From: Thermodesulfobacteriota bacterium
Lineage (GTDB): Bacteria > Desulfobacterota_D > UBA1144 > Nemesobacterales > Nemesobacteraceae
Direction: 5' to 3'
Assembly: GCA_965116725.1 (NCBI GenBank)
Contig: OZ220700.1
Location: 77,897-141,896, forward strand
Length of the DNA stretch: 64,000 nt
The position numbers and the translations under genes were made by a program. Positions 9,235 to 17,505 of the stretch are shown here, in pieces. Position 1 is the stretch's first letter. Each line of letters starts with the position of its first letter. The notes under the pieces are model-generated. The model saw nothing but the letters and a program-made list of their open reading frames with translations. It did no database searches and had not been told where the DNA came from.

Positions 9235-11462
9235 TCTTGCGTGCCTATGATCATGGCGAAGGCCTCTGGGTCAGCCAGAAATTGCCGGTACCACTCCACA
9301 CACGTCTTTTCGATCTCCGGGGGCTGATTGGAATTCGGATAAAGCTCGTTCTGATCCTCCTCGCCGGTAGCAGAAATACCGACCTTTTCTGCTTCATACA
9401 TAAAAATAGGATAGTCGAAGCGTTCCTTGACAAGTTGCCTGGTTTCGGAATGTTTTCTAGCATCCATCTCTTTCGCGTAGTCCTTCAGTTTCTTTTGCAT
9501 GGTCTTACGCGTTTTGGCATCCCTGTTGTCTTTGGCTCGCTGAATAGCGGCTTCCAATAGTGCTTTTTTCGTTGCTATTTCCTCTGCGTACTTGTCTTCT
9601 ACCTCATCCGTGGCAGCAGCAAGGGTTGCGTCGAACCACTGTTGCTCTTGTTCGGTGAATTTCTTCAAAAAGAGCAGCGAACATTTTACACTGGCCCCAG
9701 AACTTATAAAAGTCTCCTCTGGAAGACTTACCACGGCGCGCAGAAAAGCACGGTCTTCGGTGAATTGACGCACGTAAGCCAGCGAGGGATTGTTGTAGAT
9801 ACCTTCGGGCAACACGATCCCCAATCGACCACCGGGTCTAAGCAGGTCAAGGCAACGTTCGATAAACAGTATTTCTGTCTTTATCTTCGCCCGGTTGCTT
9901 TTTGGCAGATCAAACAGGCTGGCAATGGGCTTGTTAAGTGCAGCCCTTACTCTGTCCTGAGCAGCGCGGTAAATATCCCCGTATTCGCTTATGTAGGACT
10001 GCTCTGCCACTGAGTTGACCGTAATATCGGTCTCAAGCACTCTATCGGAAGGTTCGACATTGGCACCGAAAGGCGGATTAGTCAGGATGATGTCAAAACG
10101 ACCCTCGAAGATACCATTGACGTTTAGAAAGCCATCGTGATGATGTACGCCCCCGTGCCCGTCACCGTGCATGATCATGTTCATCTTACTGGTACGCGCC
10201 ATCCTGTCATTGGCATCTGTTCCATAGATGCAGCGATTCGATAGGTTCCACAATCGGGAGCCTTCGCGCTGCTGGTCAATGGACGACTGAATTTCTGTAT
10301 ATTTATCCTGAAGCATTTTGGCTTTTTTTGCTGCGGGCAATGATTTTTTTACGTCAATGCCCTTTTTGTAGGTGTTATATTCCCGGTCGGCGTCTTCCAG
10401 TATTTTTTCCCGCACGAGTTCAAAAACACGGATTAAAAATCCACCTGAACCACTGGCGGGGTCACAGACAATTTCACCTTCTTGAGGATCGACCATGCGT
10501 ACCATGAATTCGACGATGGAGCGTGGAGTGAAAAACTGACCGATCTCTCCCCGAAATGTACGCCCAAGAAAGCGTTCAAAAGCAACACCCTTTACATCTT
10601 CGCTGGTATCGGAAAGGTTGTATTTCTCTAGCTTCCGAACAATCTCTTCACCGGTGGCTGGCCTCAAGTTGATGCGCTCTTCTTTCTCAAAAATCTTGTC
10701 ATTGGCGTAAGCGTTCTTTGTGTTTTGAAAAAGGGTATCTAGCGGATTTTCGGAAATCTGATCATGAAGCACATCAACAGTAAACAGATTCTTCCTATTA
10801 CGTCGGGTCAACAACTGCCGTTCCACATAGACTTTCGTGAACAACACTTTGGCGATCTCATCAAAAGCGGCCGCCGGGTCCTTCTTTTCTCTGTTACGAA
10901 TGATGTTGTGGCACTGGTGTAATAGATCGGCGAATTCTTTTTCCTTGAAGGCGCGCAATTTGGAGAATAATTCAGTAATATCACTGTCCGAAGCATCACC
11001 ATGCGGAATATTTTCGATTTCCTCAGTGTAACCGGGCAGTTTATCTTTTATTATTCGCCAGTATTTTGTTTCCCGCGAATTATGGGTAACAAAAAAGGGT
11101 GCGCCACAGATACGCGCATAATTTTCGCCCTGATTGTAATCCTGAGCTTTGATCGTGACGTTATCGGATTTGCATTCGACAATAATAAAGGGAGCGTTAT
11201 TGTCCGCTTTATCCTGTTGCGTCCGCCATATGACGAAATCCGCTCTAGCCCCGGCACTACCCGGACCGGTCAGATCTAGTTCCTCCGATATTTGGGCGGG
11301 TGTGAAACCATATTCGTTGATCAGTATCAATAAGTAATTTTGTCGTACGGTCTCTTCGGGGGTTTCAACTAACCATTTACTGCGAATGTAGCTCCAGATT
11401 TGTCCTTTTGACTCGTCTCGTTTGATATTTAAGGCACTCATATCTCGGTGTTTCCTTTGCAA
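9231..11462 (-). CDS. Gamma-class N6-adenine DNA methyltransferase (HsdM-like) with an N-terminal HsdR_N-type PD-(D/E)xK domain
   Basis: Motif X/I (QFFTPRSIVEFMV ... DPASGSGGFL) and motif IV (ILTNPPFG) are present. Residues about 60 to 130 (ADFVIW ... FIIVECKSDN ... QGENYA) resemble the HsdR N-terminal restriction-endonuclease-like domain. Confidence 0.85.
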   Translation of the reverse strand: MQRKHRDMSALNIKRDESKGQIWSYIRSKWLVETPEETVRQNYLLILINEYGFTPAQISEELDLTGPGSAGARADFVIWRTQQDKADNNAPFIIVECKSDNVTIKAQDYNQGENYARICGAPFFVTHNSRETKYWRIIKDKLPGYTEEIENIPHGDASDSDITELFSKLRAFKEKEFADLLHQCHNIIRNREKKDPAAAFDEIAKVLFTKVYVERQLLTRRNRKNLFTVDVLHDQISENPLDTLFQNTKNAYANDKIFEKEERINLRPATGEEIVRKLEKYNLSDTSEDVKGVAFERFLGRTFRGEIGQFFTPRSIVEFMVRMVDPQEGEIVCDPASGSGGFLIRVFELVREKILEDADREYNTYKKGIDVKKSLPAAKKAKMLQDKYTEIQSSIDQQREGSRLWNLSNRCIYGTDANDRMARTSKMNMIMHGDGHGGVHHHDGFLNVNGIFEGRFDIILTNPPFGANVEPSDRVLETDITVNSVAEQSYISEYGDIYRAAQDRVRAALNKPIASLFDLPKSNRAKIKTEILFIERCLDLLRPGGRLGIVLPEGIYNNPSLAYVRQFTEDRAFLRAVVSLPEETFISSGASVKCSLLFLKKFTEQEQQWFDATLAAATDEVEDKYAEEIATKKALLEAAIQRAKDNRDAKTRKTMQKKLKDYAKEMDARKHSETRQLVKERFDYPIFMYEAEKVGISATGEEDQNELYPNSNQPPEIEKTCVEWYRQFLADPEAFAMIIGTQE

Positions 11463-11530
11463 ACTAAGCTATCTTGGACAACCTCTTCTGAAAAGGTCGT
11501 GGTTTCTTGTTTTATTCTATTGCCCTGCTT

Positions 11531-11557
11531 GTCATTGGTTGGTGTCGTACCAATGAC
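11531..11557. promoter_or_regulatory. Perfect 9-bp inverted repeat (GTCATTGGT n9 ACCAATGAC) upstream of the methyltransferase operon start
   Basis: Seen directly in the sequence. It lies about 70 to 95 bp upstream of the start codon of the 9231..11462 gene, on the promoter side. A second palindrome CACGGGTACCCCGTG is at about 11600. Confidence 0.3.
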
Positions 11558-12308
11558 CCGTATCGCATAGTCAATATTCGTGTACCTGTTTCGATTTCGC
11601 CACGGGTACCCCGTGTTCGTTGCAATGGGAATTATATACAATCCTACACAAAACTTTGAATTTCTCCCTGTAAGACCTTAACTCTCACTCTTGTTTTAGG
11701 TGATATTTTACACAAATAGAGAGAATGATTAAGAAGAGTTAGAAATGTCTAAGAAGAAACGTAAAACCCTTGGGAAGTCAGACGGAGAGGGGATAGAATT
11801 GAGAAACTGTTTTAACTCTTTCCGACTGAGGAAGCGACGGTGAAGTAGTTTGAGGAAAGACGCTGGCCAATACGTACAAACAACGGTGACAGCCGATTAA
11901 AGCCCGGCGAATACCTTTTAGAATCTGGCTCTCCAGATTCAGGTTCATATAATTTTCTGGATCCATATCGACTCGACTTCGTGCTCTTTGTCGTACTTAA
12001 AATGAAAGGACAAAGAACATTACACAAGAGCTCGCTAGCTGGACATAGCTGTTAGGTTATTTGGGCCGGCCGAAAATATCGGATCAGAAAGCTACGCTGG
12101 AAAGGCTTACTAAGAAGTTCGAACATGAAAAAGAAAAACCAAACTAAGAAAACTCGAGACCGGCCAGTCAAGAACTTAAGCAAGCCTACCAATGCCTCAC
12201 CAGAAGAAACAGCTAAAGCAATATCTCTGCCGGCGGAAAAGAAGCTAGAAGTCTCAAAGAAAATCAAGAACTAAGAGTCTGGTAGAATTGTATATAATTT
12301 CCAATCCA

Positions 12309-12575
12309 TTAGATGAAATGTTTGGTCCATATCCAAATTTCAGCAGTAATACACGCTCTGAGCTTCTGCCGTAACTTCTCTGGTGTCTCCCAAACAATAC
12401 GATTGTATTGGCGTGTGTCGAAACGGATTTTCTCTATTACATCTCTACAAGTAAATATCACCGGAATATTGAGTCCATGAGCAAAGTCCGCTTCGTAGTA
12501 GACACCCTATACTGGGTTCTCACTCCTCAGTTGCTAAAGGCTCCGGTCCATAAGTAATTTCCTTAGATTCTCCTT
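12309..12575 (-). pseudogene. Decayed paralog of the NDT-like domain (remnant with in-frame stops)
   Basis: Minus-strand translation gives LRSENPV*GVYYEADFAHGLNIPVIFTCRDVIEKIRFDTRQYNRIVWETPEKLRQKLRA. This aligns with the C-terminus of the 6312..7901 protein (DLTGHRPNVYIEAGFALKHHEKNRLIFLF ... VPFDLNTFKYVQ ... PNKLRPEIEA). It is interrupted by TAG stops and has no start. Confidence 0.4.
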
Positions 12576-13116
12576 CTCCTATCTCCCAGCATTGACGAAA
12601 TCTTTCTAAACGATCCGAGCTGAAGCGAGCCTCATATAAGCGAGTAGAGCGGGTTGCTACGACTGAAAATTGGAAGGATTCATCACGTGCCAAGGAATTC
12701 ATTTTCTCGACCATTTCTTCTTCGTTGGTATCCCACAGTTCTATGTCTCTCGCGTTGCCTCCTTTGTTGTCGATTATCCAGATCCACCAATTCTCGTGTG
12801 AATCGATTCGAAGAGTGAGATGGGGTATGATATCCCGTGAGTCTGCTTTCTGTAACAATTCAGTCTGCTTGCCGAGCTGATCTCGCGTAAGCGATAACTC
12901 CTTGCGCTGAAGGCGGAGTTCTTTGGACTGCAGGAAATACCCGTATACCAGCCAAAGGAAAGCTAGAGGTGTGAAGAGACCTGCAAGAAAGTCTCCCAAC
13001 TCGCTAAGGTTGCCTGCCTTTAAGAGCTCCCATGCATCGTTACTGCGGAAAAAGAGAATGGCGACAATGTAGAGAATACTCAGGCCAACTATTATCCAGG
13101 AATTAGAAAACTTCAT
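12520..13116 (-). CDS. Hypothetical membrane protein (two predicted N-terminal TM helices, coiled-coil-like middle)
   Basis: Hydrophobic stretches WIIVGLSILYIVAILFF and LAGLFTPLAFLWLVYGYFL. It is AT-rich. Its 3' end overlaps the NDT-like remnant in another frame, so it may be the decayed N-terminal half of one former gene. Confidence 0.4.
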   Translation of the reverse strand: MKFSNSWIIVGLSILYIVAILFFRSNDAWELLKAGNLSELGDFLAGLFTPLAFLWLVYGYFLQSKELRLQRKELSLTRDQLGKQTELLQKADSRDIIPHLTLRIDSHENWWIWIIDNKGGNARDIELWDTNEEEMVEKMNSLARDESFQFSVVATRSTRLYEARFSSDRLERFRQCWEIGEGESKEITYGPEPLATEE

Positions 13117-13454
13117 TCTTCCGCCTTCCGCGTGTCCTACTCCGGAACTTTTGGGGTTCAGGGTTTCCCTCAGAAGTCGCTAGCAGATTTCGCCGCATAC
13201 TCTATAGTAATAGAATTTACTGAATGATTAACAGGAATCAATAGAAATTATGCCAACCCCTGTTTGCCGCTTCTAGCATTGAAGAAAGAGTGGTCAAACC
13301 ATTTTTGCAGCCATACTTGGGTTTCCTCGAAATAGTTCCGCTCCAGTAGTGATATTTTCCCCCCTGCGGTTAAAATGATTTTCCGAATCCAGGCTTTCGC
13401 TTCAGCTCCAAAGCACCGTTTTGAGCGTCTGAGGCCGGGTTCCGGATTACAAGG

Positions 13455-13477
13455 GCAACATGGTTTTTCCATGTTGC
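13455..13477. promoter_or_regulatory. Perfect palindrome GCAACATGG-TTTTT-CCATGTTGC about 45 bp upstream of aceE
   Basis: A 9-bp inverted repeat with a 5-nt spacer read directly in the sequence. Its position fits an operator or leader hairpin for the pyruvate dehydrogenase operon. Confidence 0.35.
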
Positions 13478-13520
13478 AAATTTCCCCTGCGGCCCCGTTT
13501 CGCCGCGTTTTGCATGGGTA

Positions 13521-16190
13521 ATGGAAGAAGATTCTCAAATTTCGGAAGAAGAAGTTGAAGATCGGGAATGGATCGAGTCACTTGAATACGTGATCGAGAA
13601 CTCCGGCCGCGAGAGGGCAACCGAACTGCTCCGAAAGCTCAGGATATACTCCCAGAAAAAAGGCGTACAGGTTCCCTACGCCGCGAACACCCCCTACGTG
13701 AACACCATTTCCCTCGAGGACCAGCCGCCTTACCCCGGCAACTACGAAATAGAGCGCAACATAAGAAGCATCATAAGGTGGAACGCCATGGCCATGGTCG
13801 TGCGCGCAAACAGGATAAGCGACGGCATCGGCGGACATATATCGACCTACGCCTCGGCCGCGACGCTCTACGAGATAGGGTTCCACCATTTCTTCAGGGC
13901 AGGCGACGAGGGCCGGGAAGGGGACATGATCTACTTCCAGGGACACGCCTCGCCGGGCATATACGCAAGGGCCTTTCTCGAAGGCACGGTCTCTATCGAG
14001 CAGATGCGCAATTTCAGGAGGGAGCTCGGCGGAGACGGCCTTTCTTCCTATCCCCACCCCTGGCTCATGCCGGACTTCTGGGAGTTCCCGACGGTCTCGA
14101 TGGGACTTTCTCCCATAATGGCGATTTACCAGGCCCGTTTCAACAGATACCTCGAGGACAGGGGCCTAAAGCCCAGGACCGACGCCAAGGTGTGGGCCTT
14201 TATCGGGGACGGGGAAACCGACGAGCCTGAGACCCTGGGAGCCATCACCCTCGCGTCGAGGGAAAAGCTCGACAACCTGATATTCGTGGTTAACTGCAAC
14301 CTCCAGCGCCTTGACGGCCCCGTCAGGGGAAACGGCAAGATAATACAGGAGCTTGAGAGAATCTTCAGAGGGGCGGGGTGGAACGTGATAAAGGTTGTCT
14401 GGGGAGGAACCTGGGATCCGATCCTGGCGCAGGATAAAGACGGCTTTCTGGTCGAGAGGATGGAAGCGGCCCTTGACGGGGATTACCAGAGGTACACCAT
14501 TTCTCCCGGGAAATACATAAGGGAGCATTTTTTCGGCACCCGCCCTGAAATCCTGAAGATGGTCGAGGACCACGCGGACGAGCAGCTTGAGAAGCTCGCA
14601 AGAGGAGGCCACGACTCAGAGAAGGTCTACGCCGCCTACAAGGCCGCGGTTGAGAACACCGGTTCTCCCACGGTGATTCTCGCAAAGACCATAAAGGGTT
14701 ACGGTCTCGGGGAAGCGGGGGAGGGGAAGAACATAACCCACCAGCAGAAAAAACTTAACGAAGAGGAACTCAAGCGCTTCCGGACCCGCTTCTACATACC
14801 GATTACGGACCAGGAAATCAGAAGAGCTCCCTTCTACAGGCCTGCTCCCGACAGCCCCGAGATGAAGTATCTGCGCGAGAGAAGGAAGGCACTCGGCGGA
14901 CCCGTCCCGAAGCGGACCGTACGGGCAAAGCCGCTTCGGAAGATTCCGGAACGGGTGTTCGAGGACTTCAAAAAGGCCTCGGGTCCCAAGAGGAAAGTGG
15001 CCACTACCATGGTGATCGTCCACATGCTCTCAAGACTCATGCGGGACAGGGACATAGGAGATCTGATAGTGCCCATAGTCCCCGACGAGGCGAGAACTTT
15101 CGGAATGGAGGCGCTTTTCCGCCAGGTGGGCATCTATTCAAGCGTGGGACAGCTCTACGAACCCGTTGACGCTGACACCCTCCTTTACTACAAGGAGGCA
15201 AAGGACGGGCAGATACTCGAAGAAGGCATAACCGAGGCGGGCAGCATGTCCTCCTTCATAGCTGCCGGCACGGCCTACTCGACACACGGCATAAACACCA
15301 TTCCCTTTTTCATTTACTACTCGATGTTCGGCTTTCAGAGAATAGGGGATCTTATCTGGGCCGCCGCCGACATGAAGTGCAGGGGTTTCATGGTGGGAGG
15401 CACGGCGGGGCGGACCACCCTTGCGGGCGAAGGTCTTCAGCACCAGGACGGAAACAGCCATCATTTCGCCTACGCCTATCCGAACCTAAAGGCCTACGAT
15501 CCTGCTTTCTCCTACGAGATAGCCGTGATAGTCAGGGACGGGATAAAGAGGATGTACCAGGACGGGGAGGAGATATTCTACTACATAACGGTGATGAACG
15601 AGCGCTACGTGCAGCCCGCCATGCCGGAAGGGGTCGAGGAAGGTATAATAAAGGGGATGTACAGGTTCGCGTCTTCTGAGCCCAAGAACTCGGGGAAAAA
15701 GGTCCATCTTTTCGGAAGCGGCGCCATCATGAACGAGGTTCTCTGGGCGAGGGAGGTTCTTGAGAGCGGCTACGGCGTCCCGACCGACGTCTGGAGCATC
15801 ACGAGCTACAAGGAGCTTTACCAGGACGCGAAAGAGGCGGAAAGATGGAACCGCCTAAATCCCGGCGAGAAGAGAAGAAAGAGCTATATTTCAGAGTGCA
15901 TGGAAGGGGAAGACGGGATATTTGTTGCCGCGACCGACTATCTTAAGAGCCTTCCCGATTCCGTTTCCTCCTATTTTCCCAAGCCCCTTGTCTCTTTAGG
16001 CACCGACGGGTTCGGAAGAAGCGACACTCGGGAGGCGCTTCGCGACTTCTTCGAGGTTGACTACCGCCACATCGCGATTGCGGCGCTCCATGAGCTTGCT
16101 AGGGAAGGCAGGATTGACGAAGAGACCGTTAGCGAGGCGATAAGCGAGTTTGGAATCGACCGGGGGAAGCCCAACCCCGCGGTCACGTGA
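13521..16190 (+). CDS. aceE: Pyruvate dehydrogenase E1 component, homodimeric type
   Basis: Full-length AceE-like sequence (ISTYASAATLYEIGFHHFF ... GHASPGIYARAFLEG) of about 890 aa. Confidence 0.95.
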   Translation: MEEDSQISEEEVEDREWIESLEYVIENSGRERATELLRKLRIYSQKKGVQVPYAANTPYVNTISLEDQPPYPGNYEIERNIRSIIRWNAMAMVVRANRISDGIGGHISTYASAATLYEIGFHHFFRAGDEGREGDMIYFQGHASPGIYARAFLEGTVSIEQMRNFRRELGGDGLSSYPHPWLMPDFWEFPTVSMGLSPIMAIYQARFNRYLEDRGLKPRTDAKVWAFIGDGETDEPETLGAITLASREKLDNLIFVVNCNLQRLDGPVRGNGKIIQELERIFRGAGWNVIKVVWGGTWDPILAQDKDGFLVERMEAALDGDYQRYTISPGKYIREHFFGTRPEILKMVEDHADEQLEKLARGGHDSEKVYAAYKAAVENTGSPTVILAKTIKGYGLGEAGEGKNITHQQKKLNEEELKRFRTRFYIPITDQEIRRAPFYRPAPDSPEMKYLRERRKALGGPVPKRTVRAKPLRKIPERVFEDFKKASGPKRKVATTMVIVHMLSRLMRDRDIGDLIVPIVPDEARTFGMEALFRQVGIYSSVGQLYEPVDADTLLYYKEAKDGQILEEGITEAGSMSSFIAAGTAYSTHGINTIPFFIYYSMFGFQRIGDLIWAAADMKCRGFMVGGTAGRTTLAGEGLQHQDGNSHHFAYAYPNLKAYDPAFSYEIAVIVRDGIKRMYQDGEEIFYYITVMNERYVQPAMPEGVEEGIIKGMYRFASSEPKNSGKKVHLFGSGAIMNEVLWAREVLESGYGVPTDVWSITSYKELYQDAKEAERWNRLNPGEKRRKSYISECMEGEDGIFVAATDYLKSLPDSVSSYFPKPLVSLGTDGFGRSDTREALRDFFEVDYRHIAIAALHELAREGRIDEETVSEAISEFGIDRGKPNPAVT

Positions 16191-16203
16191 CGAGGAACGT
16201 AAG

Positions 16204-17499
16204 TTGATAGAATTCAGGCTTCCCGAACTTGGAGAAGGAATTGAATCCGGACAGGTGATAGAGGTTTTCGTTTCGCCCGGAGACAGGGTCACTCTCGAAC
16301 AGCCCCTGCTTGAAGTGGAAACGGACAAGGCCGCCGTTGAGATTCCTTCCCCGGCAGACGGAACAATTGTCGACGTGTGCGTAAGTGCCGGGGACACGGT
16401 GGAAATAAGCCAGGTGCTCGTGAGAATGAACGGGGACGATGAGGGCAGAGAACCCCCGAAGGATGCTCCCGCGGTCGCAGAAGAGGAAAAACCCGCCGCG
16501 CCGCAAGCGCCCCTCCCTGAAAAAGAACCCGAAGAAAAGAAAAAACAGACCACACCACCCGAAAGCGCGCCCGCGGACGATATCGCCCCGCCTGGACCTC
16601 TAGCGGTGGCGGCAGCGCCTTCCGTGAGACGTCTTGCGAGGGAGCTAGGCGTAGAGCTTTCATCCGTTTCGGGAACGGGTCCCCGAGGGAGGATACTTGA
16701 GAGGGACGTAAAGGTTCACGCAAAGGCCATAATAAAGTCTGCGTCTTCCGCTCCGGCGGCGCCCGAGGAACCCGAGCTTCCCGATTTTTCAAGATGGGGA
16801 GAAACAGTTACCGAGAGTTTCTCGACCGTGAGGAAGCTTACGGCCGAGCGCCTCACCCAGGCGTGGGCGGCCCCGCACGTAACGCAGTTTGACAAGGCGG
16901 ACGCCACGCGGCTTGAAGATCTCAGAAAACTTAACAGGGACAAGGTGTCAGAAGCCGGGGGGAACCTTACCGTAACCGCGATTCTGGTAAAGGCCCTTTC
17001 CCTGGCGCTTTCTGAGTTCCCGAAGTTTAATTCAAGCATACATATGGGCAGCCGCACGATCGTTTACAAGAAATACATAAACATCGGGGTCGCGGTGGAT
17101 ACGGAAAGAGGACTTCTTGTTCCGGTGATAAGGGATGTCGACAAAAAAGACATAACGCAGATATCGGTTGAGTTAACGGAGATCTCTTCTGCGGCTAGGG
17201 AGAAAAAGCTCTCTCCTGACAGGCTCAAGGGGGGAAGTTTCACCATAACCAACCTCGGGGGAATAGGGGGGACCTTCTTTACCCCGATTCTAAATCCCCC
17301 CGAAGTCGCCATACTGGGAGTCTCAAGGTCCTCCTTTGAGCCCGCGTATGTTGACGGGGAGTTTACGCCGAGGTTCATGCTCCCGCTTTCGCTTTCCTAC
17401 GATCACAGGATTATAGATGGGGCGGAAGCCGCCAGGTTCCTCAGGTGGCTATGCGAGATGCTTGAGCGCTCTCCCGAGAGCATATTCGAAGGGGTGTAG
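16204..17499 (+). CDS. aceF: Dihydrolipoamide acetyltransferase (E2) of the pyruvate dehydrogenase complex
   Basis: Lipoyl domain EVETDKAAVEIPSP, an Ala/Pro-rich linker, and a catalytic DHRIIDGAEAARFL block. The start is probably the TTG at 16204 after GAGGAA. The track ORF from 16150 overlaps aceE. Confidence 0.88.
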   Translation: MIEFRLPELGEGIESGQVIEVFVSPGDRVTLEQPLLEVETDKAAVEIPSPADGTIVDVCVSAGDTVEISQVLVRMNGDDEGREPPKDAPAVAEEEKPAAPQAPLPEKEPEEKKKQTTPPESAPADDIAPPGPLAVAAAPSVRRLARELGVELSSVSGTGPRGRILERDVKVHAKAIIKSASSAPAAPEEPELPDFSRWGETVTESFSTVRKLTAERLTQAWAAPHVTQFDKADATRLEDLRKLNRDKVSEAGGNLTVTAILVKALSLALSEFPKFNSSIHMGSRTIVYKKYINIGVAVDTERGLLVPVIRDVDKKDITQISVELTEISSAAREKKLSPDRLKGGSFTITNLGGIGGTFFTPILNPPEVAILGVSRSSFEPAYVDGEFTPRFMLPLSLSYDHRIIDGAEAARFLRWLCEMLERSPESIFEGV

Positions 17500-17505
17500 C
17501 AGGCG

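Noticed and set aside
11925-11944. Rho-independent terminator (GAATCTGG-CTCT-CCAGATTC hairpin)
   Set aside because: It is a perfect 8-bp stem but no U-tract follows on either strand. It is kept only as a structural note inside the non-coding island segment.
12124-12276. 50-codon Lys-rich mini-ORF (MKKKNQTKKTRDRPVKNLSKP ...) as a small protein gene
   Set aside because: Its basic, low-complexity composition is typical of chance ORFs in AT-rich DNA. It has no RBS and there is no evidence of conservation.
16150-16203. aceF start at 16150 as given by the ORF track, overlapping aceE by 41 nt
   Set aside because: This stretch is in frame but is the aceE C-terminal region. The lipoyl domain begins at MIEFRLPELGEG with the TTG at 16204, preceded by GAGGAA, so the shorter start is preferred.
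13578-16792. Multiple ORFs of 100 to 170 aa on both strands overlapping aceE/aceF, for example 13778..14230 on the plus strand and 16289..16792 on the minus strand
   Set aside because: They are Arg/Pro/Gly-rich off-frame translations of GC-rich genes. The aceE/aceF frames are strongly supported by family motifs.
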